Shown in pieces: positions 1 to 12,900 of a stretch of DNA of 64,000 nucleotides. The position numbers were made by a program, and so were the translations under genes. The notes under the pieces were generated by a model. The model made no database searches and was not told the DNA's origin. It worked only from the letters and a program-made list of their open reading frames with translations. Origin of the DNA: Botryllus schlosseri (lineage: Eukaryota); contig CM119378.1 in assembly GCA_051294905.1 (NCBI GenBank), forward strand, positions 6,262,001 through 6,326,000, in the 5' to 3' direction. Within the stretch, counting starts at the first letter, position 1. Each line of letters begins with the position of its first letter.

Positions 1-251
1 TAAGCTTATTATATTCCCTTGCAAGTTTTCGTCGAAATTGTTGGCAAAGTGACGGAAGATATTGATTTTATGGGATTATTATACCATTTGATTGCCCCAG
101 TTGATACATTTGGCATTTGGGAGGGTTAGAATGAATTAGCAATATGACGTCACGTGATGTCATGAGGTTCACGTTCGCGTTCACACAGAACCTTTCAAAA
201 ATGCCCGTGTTCACATGAACCTGAACCTTTCAGGGGTTCACGCCATCCCTA
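1..251. mobile_element. Right half of hAT-type MITE family A (cut by window edge)
   Basis: Closely similar to 42088-42433. Ends in the TIR GTTCACGCCATCCCTA at 251. Confidence 0.85.
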
Positions 252-3200
252 GTGACTATTATTAATTACGCGAAGAGGCATCATCATTAATTTTGTGCCC
301 AAAGGCACCCCCTCCATCAACGCTACCGGTAATTCTGATCACATAGGCTGAGGAGGGATAAATATAATAATATGATCATAATATGTGCGATTGTGCATTG
401 TGCAACTATCAATACCATCGACGAAATTCATTCGTGGAGTAAAAAGTTTCGCGTTCGCGCGACTAAACAACCAATCCAAACAACGTTTCATAACATTAAT
501 ACTCGCGATTTCAGTGTGTTTAGTATGCCTATACGAGGGATGTCTGCTTCTACAATTAGAAACCTCTATGCGCAAGGAATTTCACAAGAAAAGAGTGATG
601 GCACAGAACACCACAAATTTAACAAGTATAATGGCGTTAAGGTATGCCATTACGACTGTCGGCTGAAATGCTACAGTGCAGACGTATATGTAATGGAAAT
701 TCGACCGTGAACAGCAAATAGGTTGAAGACCCCTGTTCTAATATAACAAAATGGGGCTACGATTTCAGTGAATAACGGGAGGTAGCAAACTTTGCGAATA
801 ACTCATTTTGAAGCAGAATTAGCTGAGTAATATAACAATCATTCGGACAGTTTAGGATGAAAGCCGATATTATGGTCACATGGTATCTCGTCGGTGAATC
901 TATTGTACATAAACGGAATTGTTCAAATCCATTCTTCGTTACTTTTGTCCATAACGAGGATAAAGTTCGATCAATATTCCCTACAAACTTTCATCTTCTG
1001 TCATTCACTGTCAGCGGCTATTGTTCACAATGAGAGAGCAACCATAAAGGCATTGCAGATCGGTCGGCGCTAGATAGGAATAGGCATGTGCTCTACATAT
1101 GTGCATTGAGCATTGCGCACAGACCAAGGTCGCAGTGGGCGGGCGTATGGCGCATGTTTGACTTCGGCATTCAAGTATTGAAATATTATCTATCTGTCTA
1201 ACCGAAACGAGAAAGGCAAGATAGAACGAAGGTCGCCGCTGACAATAAAAATTAATATCAATATATTGTTCACGTGAAATGAGCAACCGTATATGATCAA
1301 TTGGTGGTCCTGGTCCTGACTGTGGTAAAGTTTAAACTCAACTATTGCTTATTCGTGCTAATCATTCCAGCTAATATACACAAAATCATGTGATTTAATC
1401 TGTTAGCATGTGGTTTATTCTAAGGAACTGATACTAAATTCAATATTTACAGCGTAGGGCGTCGCGAGGTGATGACTTCACCACTGTTTAACGTCGTTTT
1501 AAAGAGGTGATCGAGTATTCTGGCTGTCGACAGTATGTACTTCAAGTAATTTCAATACTTATACTGTTGCAGAGTAATTATTGTTTAAATTAAACCCCGT
1601 AAAGTCATGTATTTCCAATATTTTGATAGAATATATCACAGTGACGCATTCCCGCGATCGGTTACGATTGGGTGCCAGTTGTTTGTACAATTTCATATTC
1701 AATGAATGTCCAGCAATGCTTTTTGTTTTTGGTAGGCGTTCTACCGTAACGATAATATAAGCGCAGTCCTTAAAGTGTAGCTGTAGGAATGGAAATGAAC
1801 TATACTATACATAGTTATTGATTAAACTACCCAGGTATTGGATCGACGAAGGTAAACATGGCGGTTCCAGGATCGTTTCATTTATTTTATGACGACGGCA
1901 GATAGGCATCCTTACGTTTACGTAATTTCGCTGAGGTTTGGATTTACTACCGAGGCGCAGGTTAGTAGGTGAATGGTCCCGAGTGTGAATAGGAGTATTA
2001 AATTAGTATATAGGTGAATAGTAGTTGTATAAAAGTATTATTTATATTTGGCCATCATGCCATTCCGATAAGTGTCAGGATATCTTTGGGAGAATTTATC
2101 CGAGCATATTGGCTTTGTGGAAAGCTAATTACAATATATCTTATGATATAAATTGTACGACGGGAAAGAGCTTATATAAAGTCGCTATCTATATTCTCTA
2201 TAGTTTTAACATTGCTCGCGCATAGGAACCTTACTTCATTCATCGTACACGCTTCAGGTATAAAAAGTTGCCAGATATCATCAAATGTACTGGAGTTCAA
2301 AATTACGATAATATCACCTAATGCTGTCTTTCTGTCGACTCAGACGTACTATGGAATAACATACGAGAGCTATATGTGAAAGATATAGCCGACTTCGTTC
2401 GTACGAGAGTATAGAAATTGCATATAGGCCAGGTTGGTCGAAGACTGCGAGCAAGACGGGCCGCAGATATGCTATTTTGACGATATCAATTATTTGTCCA
2501 TCACTGACAATTACAGCAGGCCCCCTACGTTGATCGTTTGCTGATTACTTTCCGACAGTCTTACATCACCGCCCATGCCCATGCCCATGTAGGACGTAGG
2601 TGTAGGCCTACACTGTGCAGTGTGCAGTCTGTGCACACTTCAGTCGCGAATCCTGTAACATCGCATCTTAGGCAGTGACGAATAGTCTGGAATAGAAACA
2701 TATGTTATTCTCCAACACTATTATAGGCGCAGAGTTTGGTGTCGGACCATAATTCTTCAGCAATGATATCGTGAATATGCTGTTACAAAATCGCGCCACG
2801 TATTATATTTCGATTCCGTAGAAATTTTCTTTGGCTGCATTTTGTCCCACTATTTCGAATCAAAACTTACATTCAGAACCGTCACATTTCCGATATGTAG
2901 GCCTAATGAAAACGCAGGATAACGCCAGTAACTAAGTCTGCTCTGTGAAAGTGTGTTGTCGGTCCTCTTGAAAGGAAGGTGACAGGTGGTTACACGTTTA
3001 CATGAGCGTGGGATACCAAGAATAGGACAAACTATCATCGGCATAGACATCAAGCAGAGGACACTTCACGTTTAGGAAGATTCAAAGTGCTGATTGTCTT
3101 ATTTGTATAGCATTCAGTCCTAAAGGCTCCCCGGGTACAGGTGACACGCAGGGTCTACAAAATACGAACCATATAGTGATTCTATAATCTACTAAAATTG

Positions 3201-3523
3201 TAATATTTTCTTCGAGTTCGTTCAGATCGATTTCACATGATTTACTGCAGTAATCGTGAGGCCAGAATAGTGGTTTGAAATAATTTAATAAATTCTTATA
3301 GTATGAAGAGTTTCTTCATTGACTTCGTCTTCAGAACTTCAATGCGTTGCTTCATGTGCCAGATTTGTGTAATACAAGGGTGCTCACATTAGTGCTCAGT
3401 GCTCACTGCTCACGCTATTTCAGCATGGCAGCAACTTATAAAATGATCAAATCACAATTATATACCTAATCAATCGATACGTTTTTGTTCTTACTCTGTC
3501 CAGATGTTATGTTTAGTCATTAT

Positions 3524-4036
3524 TAGGACCGGGCACAATGATTCGAGTACTCGTATCTGAATCGAGTATTAATTTTAATGATTCGAGTCGAGTAGTAAAT
3601 GACGATTTTTTCGGGTACTGAAATGAGACGCTCTTCGCCGCTGAGTGTTAATTCATCAACGGTAATTAAAGTTACGCTATTAATTTCCACTGTGGTAGCC
3701 TTGATACCTTGATAGGCCGCATTGCAGCATACGAAACATAGTAAAAAGCTAAGAACGTTACTAGAAATAAAACATGTAGGAAGTCTTGATCATTCCACAA
3801 CATTGACACATAGTGCAATGAAATCGGCATGGCCGAAAAGTACCAAAGTATCTTTAATGTGATCGATAACAGGCATCATATTTTTGTGGTCGCATGAGAG
3901 GTACATATTTGAGCCTTGTCATATTACATCCTGTTATGGCGTCATAATGAGTGGTACTCAAAAACTCGACTCGACTCGAAGCATAAGACGTGATTCAGAA
4001 TCGAATCACTCAGGTACTCGATTTTGCCCAGCCCTA
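3524..4036. mobile_element. hAT-type MITE family B, 513 bp
   Basis: TIRs TAGGACCGGGCA...TGCCCAGCCCTA with perfect 8-bp TSD GTCATTAT on both sides. Homologous to 33828-34341 and 50682-51420. Confidence 0.92.
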
Positions 4037-5040
4037 GTCATTATGAGCATTTTTGTACGGAAAGACGTAATTAAACGATCATCGAAATCACTTTGAGTAT
4101 ATTTCGTTTTGCCTATTTCTACTAATCACTGTAAGGCAGGAAACTATGTGCCGGAAACGCTTTTTGCATCTGTAGCTATGCATGATTCATCCGAATTATA
4201 GTATAGCAAACAGCACTAGTCTTATCATGAACCTATGTTATTAGCACAACTTTTTGCGAGGGATAGTCGATTTTAGCGGCTAAGGCAGCAATTCAGCTAC
4301 TATTTTGCATCATATACATAGTGTATTCGAAATGCATAACCCGCGTTCTCAATATCCTCGCGAAGATAAGAAATGACGGTCTGTTGTCCTCGGTACATTA
4401 TAACGTAGCCAGCGAACATGAAGGATTACTGTTTGGAAGAACAAGAGCGTATTTCCCCTGACTGTGTCGGTGATAGTTAAACGACGTTGCGTTGAAAAGT
4501 AGGTCAAAATGGACATATTGGGTCAATGCCAATGGAAGGTCGAGTCGTACTAACACAATGCATTTGTGTAAAGCAGCTTTAACGGCCCGTCGCTGGGGTT
4601 GCAAAGTACGATGGATCCCCTTTGTATATAGCTTCATGGTTATAGCATCCGCTTCCCATTTTGGGGTCTAGGCAGACCGTAAACTTTAGAAAACTCGGAC
4701 GTGAAACTTTTCAGATTAGCATCAATGATTCGAGGTGATAGCAGGGAACTGCATGGGCGATAATTAGCGGAATTGCGTAAGCAAGCACATGGAAAAGTTG
4801 ATGGGCTCGAGATCAGCATAGCTGGTAATGCACAATTGTATCCATAAAGAGGAGCTGCCTCAATGCGTCACGGACCACTTTTGCTCTATATATCAAACGC
4901 GCCCACGTGATAACAACAGACTGTTTCCGAATCGAGCTTATTCAGTAAAAACAGTGACATGCTCATTATTATTTCAGGTATTTCGTTACACATAAGCCTT
5001 TACGGTCGGTCTGATTTGATATGTCGCGATAAATATCAAT

Positions 5041-5649
5041 ATGAAACATCATCTACTATCAGAAGAGAATACGAAGCACATCCTTGATGAGCAGAGACAC
5101 GCAGAAAGACACCTCAGCTCGTGTCGCAGACATGGATATTGCGAGGTCTTTAACGGATTCGCGTCTGTGATATTAGGAACGATTTCTGTCGTTATTGCCA
5201 AATCGGACGATTGGATCTATCCGCGATATACAGCAACGTGTCAAGGAATTTGGTGCGGACTGATGTTAATAGCTTGTGGCATGGACGAGATTAAGTCAAA
5301 AGAAGCGACATCTGTGCTGCTTCGCGACAGGCGGATGCAATTCTGCAGTCTCACCGCGGTGTCGTCGATGGCGTTGGTGTTCCTGTCGTTTCGTGGTGCC
5401 AAATACGCTCACGAGTGTAACTTTGACCTTTATATACTACACGGGGTACTGGTTATCATCGGTGTCACCAGTACTATGTTATGCATTAGTCATTATGTAC
5501 ATGCTTGTGCGGACAGACGTAATTTAGGCGATCATCGAAATGCGACCAGGTCAGAAGCTGCGAGCAGCAAATATTCGGATTCAAGATGGAAATATGTCGT
5601 CTGGAATTCTAGAAACTGCGATTCGCCAGGAATTCTGGTCCACGTATAA
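5041..5649 (+). CDS. Intronless 4-TM protein, CD20/MS4A-like (FAM189/TMEM196/sarcospan-type topology), 202 aa
   Basis: ATG-to-TAA ORF with four hydrophobic segments. GIWCGLMLIACG resembles the MS4A TM2 motif (IWGG..FI..G). The family call is by motif recall only. Confidence 0.7.
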   Translation: MKHHLLSEENTKHILDEQRHAERHLSSCRRHGYCEVFNGFASVILGTISVVIAKSDDWIYPRYTATCQGIWCGLMLIACGMDEIKSKEATSVLLRDRRMQFCSLTAVSSMALVFLSFRGAKYAHECNFDLYILHGVLVIIGVTSTMLCISHYVHACADRRNLGDHRNATRSEAASSKYSDSRWKYVVWNSRNCDSPGILVHV

Positions 5650-7018
5650 CAGCTGTGCGTAACACCAATCGCTCGGAAAATCATATGCCGTATATATGCA
5701 TTGTAGCCTATAGCGTGATCGTTTGAAGCGATATAATTTAGCACGGCGCTTGCTAAATTCTACCTCAGTGTTTCGCAGCCTTTTTGACCTCGCGCCACCA
5801 TTGGAAATGGCAAAAATAGTTCGCACCACCCTATCACTTCGAGTACCATAGGTGCAACAAGATTTAGGAAGCTGATGACTAACGAAAAGGTCACAAAACC
5901 GGACTTGCGTCAATGGTCACCGGAAGTACGAATGTTTCTATCTGCGCAAAACACACAATATACAATGTGATATACACAAGACACATAAGGTTGCCTAAAA
6001 GACCAAGTACTATCTCAAGCCATGTCCACATCCGCAAATCTGATCCCGGTGACTAAACAAAAGGTCATCGGCTGTACCATTATTTCTATCCGCCCAAACA
6101 CACAATGTACATTGCGATACACAAGACACAGCGAGACGTAATGGATAAGGGGATGCCGAAACCACCGTGTACGGTTTCTTAATCTGGCATCCAACTCAAC
6201 CTAATGCCAGATGCGATAGTGTTCGCTCGTTCACTTTCGTCTTGAGGCTTCCTCGCTGTTCCCGTTATGACGTTTGTTAGTCATCAGCTTCCCAAATGTC
6301 CTTAATAGTTATTACATGTCGACGGCAACCCATGATTTACCTCACTTCCTTGCGGCACCCCTTATCAGTCCAATCGGTACCTTGGTTGAGAACCACTGGG
6401 CTACCTCAATACGGTACATGTACAATAGTATACTCACAAGCCCACACAAACCGAAAAAAGTGGGTGCGATCCTGACTGATGGATCTCTGAATGTTTTCAA
6501 GAATGAGCAATATGCATCAACACCAACTTTACATATAGGTATAGATAAACGTCGCCAAATAATTTATAGATCTCGCTAAAACAATGGTCAATAACGGGCA
6601 TAGTCTCTGGTAAATGCTAACTTTACTGAGATGTGAGCTTGGCCACTTATCGATGTCTGTCTGGGCACTGTCGGTACGCGGCTCGACAGGACGGAACGAC
6701 GGGTTTCAAAAAGAATGAAGCCACTACCAACCTGTACTATGGTTCCTAGTTTCCGATTCTTACGAAAATTTCAATATCGAAGCAAATCTTCTTGAATATT
6801 ACCGATGAGAACTGCAATCAAGGTATTATTTATAACACTGTAATATAAACATTCCCAAACCCCATTTAATATATTTGAAGCTAGAAAATCGGTTAACTAT
6901 ATTATAGTTCTTTAGTATATCACTGTATTTGTCGACTTATGCATTTGCTTCATTATTTTTACAACGGACCATTGGACAAACTCCACAATAACCCGGCTTG
7001 TGATCACGCACTCTAGAT

Positions 7019-7416
7019 TAGAGCCCGGCCGATTATCGGTTCACCTATAACATCGAGTCGATATTAGACTTTGAAAGAATTATCGCTATCGGCCATTGGA
7101 GGCGAAAAAATATCGGCAATGTTCGTGACGTCACAGCATGATAGTATCAAGTCAGAAAACTATAATGCTTGACCGCTAGATTTAGAATGTTGCTATATTT
7201 CATATATCTTAAACTTTCAAGGTGTGCAGATGCAGCCTTTCTAGTTTATTTCATGTTCAAGTATGACAATGACTGTAAAGCTATTAAAATAAATGCTCTG
7301 AAGTCTTGATAATGCGCCTTTTGAGATAGATTCCACCTTATTCAAATGTCGGCTGAATATATCAGATATCGGTTTTATCGGTATCGCCCCAAAAATCCAA
7401 TATCAGTCGGGCTCTA
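7019..7416. mobile_element. hAT-type MITE family C, 398 bp
   Basis: TIRs TAGAGCCCGGCCGAT...ATCAGTCGGGCTCTA. Decayed TSD CTCTAGAT/GCCTAGAT. Homologous to 25803-26225. Confidence 0.85.
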
Positions 7417-9666
7417 GCCTAGATCATACTAGTTGCCTTCTAAGGTCGTATCGATCGTGCGGTTATCCGATACCAAATACCGAGCTTGCGTTTTTACGGT
7501 CCGCATTACTATTGTTGCTGTATGTTCGTTGTGTATTCCGGTTGGATGGAAATAAAAAAAACTCTAACAACAGGACCAACAGTGATACGCAATTGTCATT
7601 GACCCGAGTGGTCGTGATCTCAGGAGGGTTTGAAATTTCGTTTTCTGAGATAAAATCTTCACGTCACCAATAAAATTAGTCATGATTGTTCAATGTTGAT
7701 ATGTCTACTAGGGCTTCGGAATATGTTGGATGGCATTTATACTTTATCGTAGGCGACCGGCAATACCTCAAATACACAGTCGACGTAATAAAATGAATTT
7801 GAATACTAAAGTTTGTTCGGATGATGTTATGGGGACTTTTAAACTAAAGAATTTCTGAATGTTTGATCTCGCGTTCTATAGACGCTGGTATATTGAAACT
7901 GTGTCCATTGTAATTTGTCATGTACGTATCGCATGCGTTAGGTTGTACTACGCCGCATTGACATTATAGCTTTTGCGATGATACAATATCATATAACTGG
8001 AACCGTGTGGAAGCATTGGGGTCTAGTCACCAAGGTTTGTATATATTCATTAGGATCGTTCAGAAATGACCGACTTCCAGTACATTTACTTTTCACAGTT
8101 CTTCCCACGTACAGTGACCTAAGAATATATTACCAGAGTACTTTTTGGCAGAACTCAACTATACTGCATGTACACTAAATGCATGCTCGTCACAAGAAAA
8201 GTACTGAATATCCGCGGATTCCAAAATGGAAAGAAGGTTTTAATCAGGTTTTCTAAAAGGCGTCACAAACCCCACTCAATAATATTCGTTGCGATTCGTG
8301 AGATCGTCGCCCAGATCGGTTAACTCTTTACGCAGTTTTCTGTATCAAGAGTGAACTACAAATACCACACGCACAATGAAACATACGCTTTTGTCATCAA
8401 ACTTTTATGTGATTATCACCAAACGTAGAAACTGAACAACTAGTAAAATTACAATCAATTCGATATACAGCGCCAACTGTCGAGTTGGCAGTATTTTTTC
8501 TTGAACCGTGGATATCCTTCTCCGAAGTCCTAAACCGATAGGAATGTCATCACAGAAGATTGATAAAAGGCACAATGATTGGGCGGGGAAGGACGACGGG
8601 CGCAGCGTCAAAGCGAGTTGTTGATATTAGTTACATCAAGTCCCGTGCGATGTCATTGCTCTCAAACAACTTCGATTATGTAAATTGGAAAGTATAAGGG
8701 TTTCCGGATCTTCGCGTGCGTCACTCACGACGAATTCGACTGAGCAATTTGCATTATAGGCCTACTCTGTAAAATTCAATCGAATGCAACATTGACAGAG
8801 GAACAGAGCTGCTTTACCCCTCAAGCAGACTCGGACAGCTAGACAACTCTATAGTCCAGTGGTTCTCAAACTTTTTTTAGGCACGTCCCCCTTGATGATG
8901 GTGAGATGTTTCGCGCCCCCTTATCGTCATATTAAAAAGAGTGACCAGAATCTTTATAATCCCAATGCATAGTTTGATGGCGTGGAAGATTATGACTGTT
9001 TGTGAACTTTTCAATTATGAAATTCTGACTATACGCAGCACTATAGAATTATGAGCTGGATGAAAATCGGGAGGACGCTAAAAAATTTTCAGTTGAAAAT
9101 TTTGTCAAAAATATGCATATAGAATGGTAGTACGTAGTAGGCTACATAGTTAGTTTAGCGATTTAGGTGCCTAATCCCCTTCTATTACACAACTTGAGGT
9201 TAGATTAAATGTACCTGACTATAAGCTAAATGAAAAGCCAATGGCGCCGACCGCACGCCATTCAAACGTGGGTTACGTGGCACTTGTTAACGGCACAAAT
9301 TTTTTTCTCCACGGGTCGCAGGTTTTCGGCAAGAGAATAATTCAATGGAGTACTTTTGGGTTACCATAAAATGCGCTTCCTAAGAGTGGCATTCTAAAAA
9401 ATGTGTCGTAATTGAGCATACACGTAGCGGCTACTACAACGTTGTAAGCCAGTTATATTTAAATCCTACTTTCATAGATTCAAAAAGGATATTTTGCATG
9501 GCATATGACCTCTTGAGGAAATGTCTTATTTCTTCGCAACTCCGAGCCATTCTACGCTCTCTGCACAGAAGCTTGAAATACAGACCATAAAAGCACCAGG
9601 CTACACGCAGGACCGTAACAGCACTTCGTCAGCCCCCCCAAACGTTGGTCTTGGGTCCCCATAGGG

Positions 9667-9815
9667 CAGTGGTTCTCAACCTTTCTTTAGACACGCCCCC
9701 CTTTTTGATAGTGAAAAATTTCGCGCCCCCTTATCGTGATATCACAAAATCCAACTGGGATGCTAGCAACCCCAACAGATTGTTTGGTGGTATGGTCGGT
9801 TATAAATGTTGATGA
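9667..9815. mobile_element. Truncated left end of Charlie-like MITE family D (a second left end starts at 8857)
   Basis: Starts CAGTGGTTCTCAAC and shares internal sequence with 54829-55116. No matching right end found; right boundary approximate. Confidence 0.6.
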
Positions 9816-11120
9816 GAGCATAAAAAAATATGAAAGTGGGTCTATATAGAGCTCAGTGCTCACGTAATCAGATTTGCCCGTAGAGCTGAACAAGGTGTCT
9901 GGAAACTGTAGGGTCCGTAAATATTAATTAAACTTATTCGGGCGGTATAATACCTTCATTACATGATGTTGTTTCGTAACCTCCTGTCTGCTGTGTCAAA
10001 AGATATTGAAATCACCCAAACGCACTAAATTAAACGACGCACACGATTTCAAATTGGTACTTCTTCACTGGCAATTAAATTTTCCTTGTGAGTAGGCATT
10101 TGTCTTTTGGGGTTAAGATTGTCAGGACATGAACATTCAGCGCCAGCCACTTAGGTTCCTATGGACAATTAAACACATAGGCCTATGTATAAATATCGAA
10201 GTTTTCGGTCAGCATAAGGACAGTCCGTCTCGGCCACTGGTTTTCCCGCCGCCGATCGTTCTGGCACACGTCTTGGAGTCGCGTCACGTCTTGGCCAAAA
10301 CTGTATATGTCTTGGTGCGTCGTTGCGCGTTTATGGCCGACGCCGAAATGCCCATTTGTATAAAGCATGCGTATTTTGTCTTTTTCCCCGAGTATCCAAT
10401 AACCAGATATTTGGTAACGTTAAATCGCGGATAGCGCGATTTTTGTTTAAAAAAGTTGCATAAATTTCCAAATAAAACTCTATAGTTTATGCTAATTTAC
10501 GAAATAATTTTGGGCCCCCTTCGAGCTCGGGTCCCCCACGCATTCACCAGTTACTCTTAATTCAGAGACATCTCCCGGTCAGTGCAGGGTCCGATATCAG
10601 TGAAGATTTATCATCGATGTATGGATGGTACGACGCAATTATGACATTTAAAATCGTAATATAATTAGGACTATTGGCGTTGTCGAAATTTGAAAGTTTC
10701 AGCACAGATTTAACTCTTCCGAGTTCAAGGAGCATAATTTCTCTCAGGCGGCTTTGCGCACCCTTCAGATGCTTCTACGCTTCTTTTGATTTAGTTATAT
10801 AACGCGGCGATAGTCCTGGGTACGCGTTATGAGGAATACAAGAGATTAATTGTATTCGCGGAAGTTGGACTTTGGTTTATTATTTTCAAATCGCGCCTCT
10901 CTGGAGTACGGGGACATTTGAGTACGAAGTGACACAACAGTGCGACCACGAGCATGCTCGACATTTGCTGTCTGGAGGATTATGTAGTTGAAGTATTTCC
11001 TACAAAAATATTTTAGAATTTGTTACAAATGTGCTGGATAAAATAAACGTTTATCAATCTACTCAGAATTGTTTGCGGGCCGCATTAAATTGTCTGGCGG
11101 GCCGTATGTTTGACACCCCT

Positions 11121-11562
11121 GGTGTAGAGATATGGTATTTACCATTCTCATGCTCATATACTATGATTTGATATGAACTGAATTTGATTTTTGTTGTTGT
11201 TGTTTGTGGTATTCATGGCGTTTGCACGGCCCACTTCTAGGCTTTTCGTAAGACACCGCTTACGCGGATGATATGACGAGGAGGAGCCTGGATAAACCTC
11301 CAGCACTTAGGTTGGAATTCTGGAGTCGACCTCGGTCGGACTAGAACCCACAACACATTGATGTCGTAGCTGTGCATTATACTACTATACGCTATCTCTT
11401 GTTGTATTTCTTTATAATTCAGAGCTCCAATTCAATTCCCAAGTTTTTGCGACTTGAGAATTCTAATTCGAATCTAATCTAATTTAGAATAAACTCTGTA
11501 GCTATAATTCTAATTCTAATCTAACTTGGAAAAGCTGAAAAGAATCTTGTTATCCAACTCTG
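11121..11562. mobile_element. MITE family H (TCTAAT-rich subterminal repeats), interrupted by a SINE
   Basis: Aligns by eye with 14530-14860, 16320-16710 and 52090-52440. Ends ...TATCCAACTCTG. Left boundary approximate. Confidence 0.65.
11188..11400 (-). mobile_element. tRNA-derived SINE family S1, internally deleted copy
   Basis: On the minus strand: A-box-like TAGCGTATAGT, B-box-like GGTTCTAGTCC, core CATCCGCGTAAGCGGTGTCTTAC and (ACA)n tail. Matches 50854-51091. Confidence 0.8.
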
Positions 11563-11823
11563 CCCTCAAGACTGTGTTTCGGTGGCATTGAGAATACTTT
11601 CAGCACTCGTGTCACGCGCCCAAGGTGCGAACACCTTTTCTACAATGAACTCACTATATTGAAGAGAATGTAGAGCTTTCCGCACGGGTTGCGGTTCGCG
11701 GTCTATGCGTGTATGCAAGAGGAAAATACTCAAAGACGTGAATGCGATTAGAAGATACGACACACACAATAACTTAATATATTAATCAAACTCAAGTGAG
11801 GAGGTACGCGATTCAAGGACAAT

Positions 11824-12900
11824 TCAGTGTGGCGTATCCGCATTAATATCGCCCAACGGCACGTCATATTCCGGGCAGCTTTTAACCTCCCTTCGAAATA
11901 CCACGCATCTCGGCATCAACGACGTAAAAATACTGACAGTGCGTCCCAGTGTGGACACAATACAGACGATATTGATTACAGAGCTGATATCGTAGAGAGT
12001 CTGTCGCAAGGCGACTGGGGCGTTGGTGGGGAACACCGCAAACGGTAACGTGAGACTCAAAATATTGCATAGCACCATCAACCCGCCGCTAGCCGACGCT
12101 CTGTACGTGGACCTTTCAATAGGGGAAGGCGTTAATTTGTATTGCCCACATGCGCATCCTAGTTTGGCAAAGATCTTGACTTTCGAAGGTTTGGTTGAAG
12201 AATTACTATCATCGTCTTCCGACATCCCGCGCGCGTTAAAATTATTCCTCAAAAGCGGATACATGGAAAGAGCGAAAATTACGGATTGGGACAACACAAT
12301 TACGGAAGATATAATGGCGTTGGTGCCAATCGCGGTCGACTGCGGACTCTGTTTTAATACGCATCCGTTTTCAGACGCGACGAAAGAGTTGATGTAAACG
12401 CTTCTAATAATCAGTCCGGTACATATTAGAGCGTGCGGCACGATATACACCTTGCTGACCAAATTCACCCACGATTGCATAACTGATTTAACACACGGAT
12501 GATTGTATATTATCCTTTGCAAGAACCACAAGTACGCGTAGCAGGTCCACGTTGAAGCCGCGTACGACACGTTCGCCAGGTCACACATGAGATTGCATAG
12601 CGGCGGACCGTTCTGTAAACGCGGCAAAGCGAACAGAGTCTCGGTGATGATGAGTCTGACGACAGTCATTCCGACAGCTACGAAGCATCCAACGTAGGTC
12701 GGTCCGTTGTTTAAACTTGATCTGTACGCTTTCTTCCTCCATCTGTCCGTCTTGGTCCCGTACACGAGCAGCGACAGCAGAATGTAAGCGCCAATGGCGA
12801 TGTGGAATATGGCGAATCCTTCGAATATTTGCAGCTCCAGATCCCAAGAATAGGGATCTATTTCGGATGAGTTCGTGCCGGGAGTCGTGAAGTTTTCCAT
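11824..12900 (-). CDS. Intronless orphan 7-TM receptor (rhodopsin-like topology, non-canonical motifs), 358 aa
   Basis: Longest ORF in the window. N-terminal sequons NFT and NSS, seven hydrophobic helices, Cys at the top of TM3 and in ECL2 (SENGCVL), long ICL3. No DRY or NPxxY. Confidence 0.88.
   Translation of the reverse strand: MENFTTPGTNSSEIDPYSWDLELQIFEGFAIFHIAIGAYILLSLLVYGTKTDRWRKKAYRSSLNNGPTYVGCFVAVGMTVVRLIITETLFALPRLQNGPPLCNLMCDLANVSYAASTWTCYAYLWFLQRIIYNHPCVKSVMQSWVNLVSKVYIVPHALICTGLIIRSVYINSFVASENGCVLKQSPQSTAIGTNAIISSVIVLSQSVIFALSMYPLLRNNFNARGMSEDDDSNSSTKPSKVKIFAKLGCACGQYKLTPSPIERSTYRASASGGLMVLCNILSLTLPFAVFPTNAPVALRQTLYDISSVINIVCIVSTLGRTVSIFTSLMPRCVVFRREVKSCPEYDVPLGDINADTPH

Noticed and set aside
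515-641. Possible plus-strand internal exon (tttcag...AAG|gtatgc, two open frames)
   Set aside because: No recognisable motif in either frame and no partner exons found.
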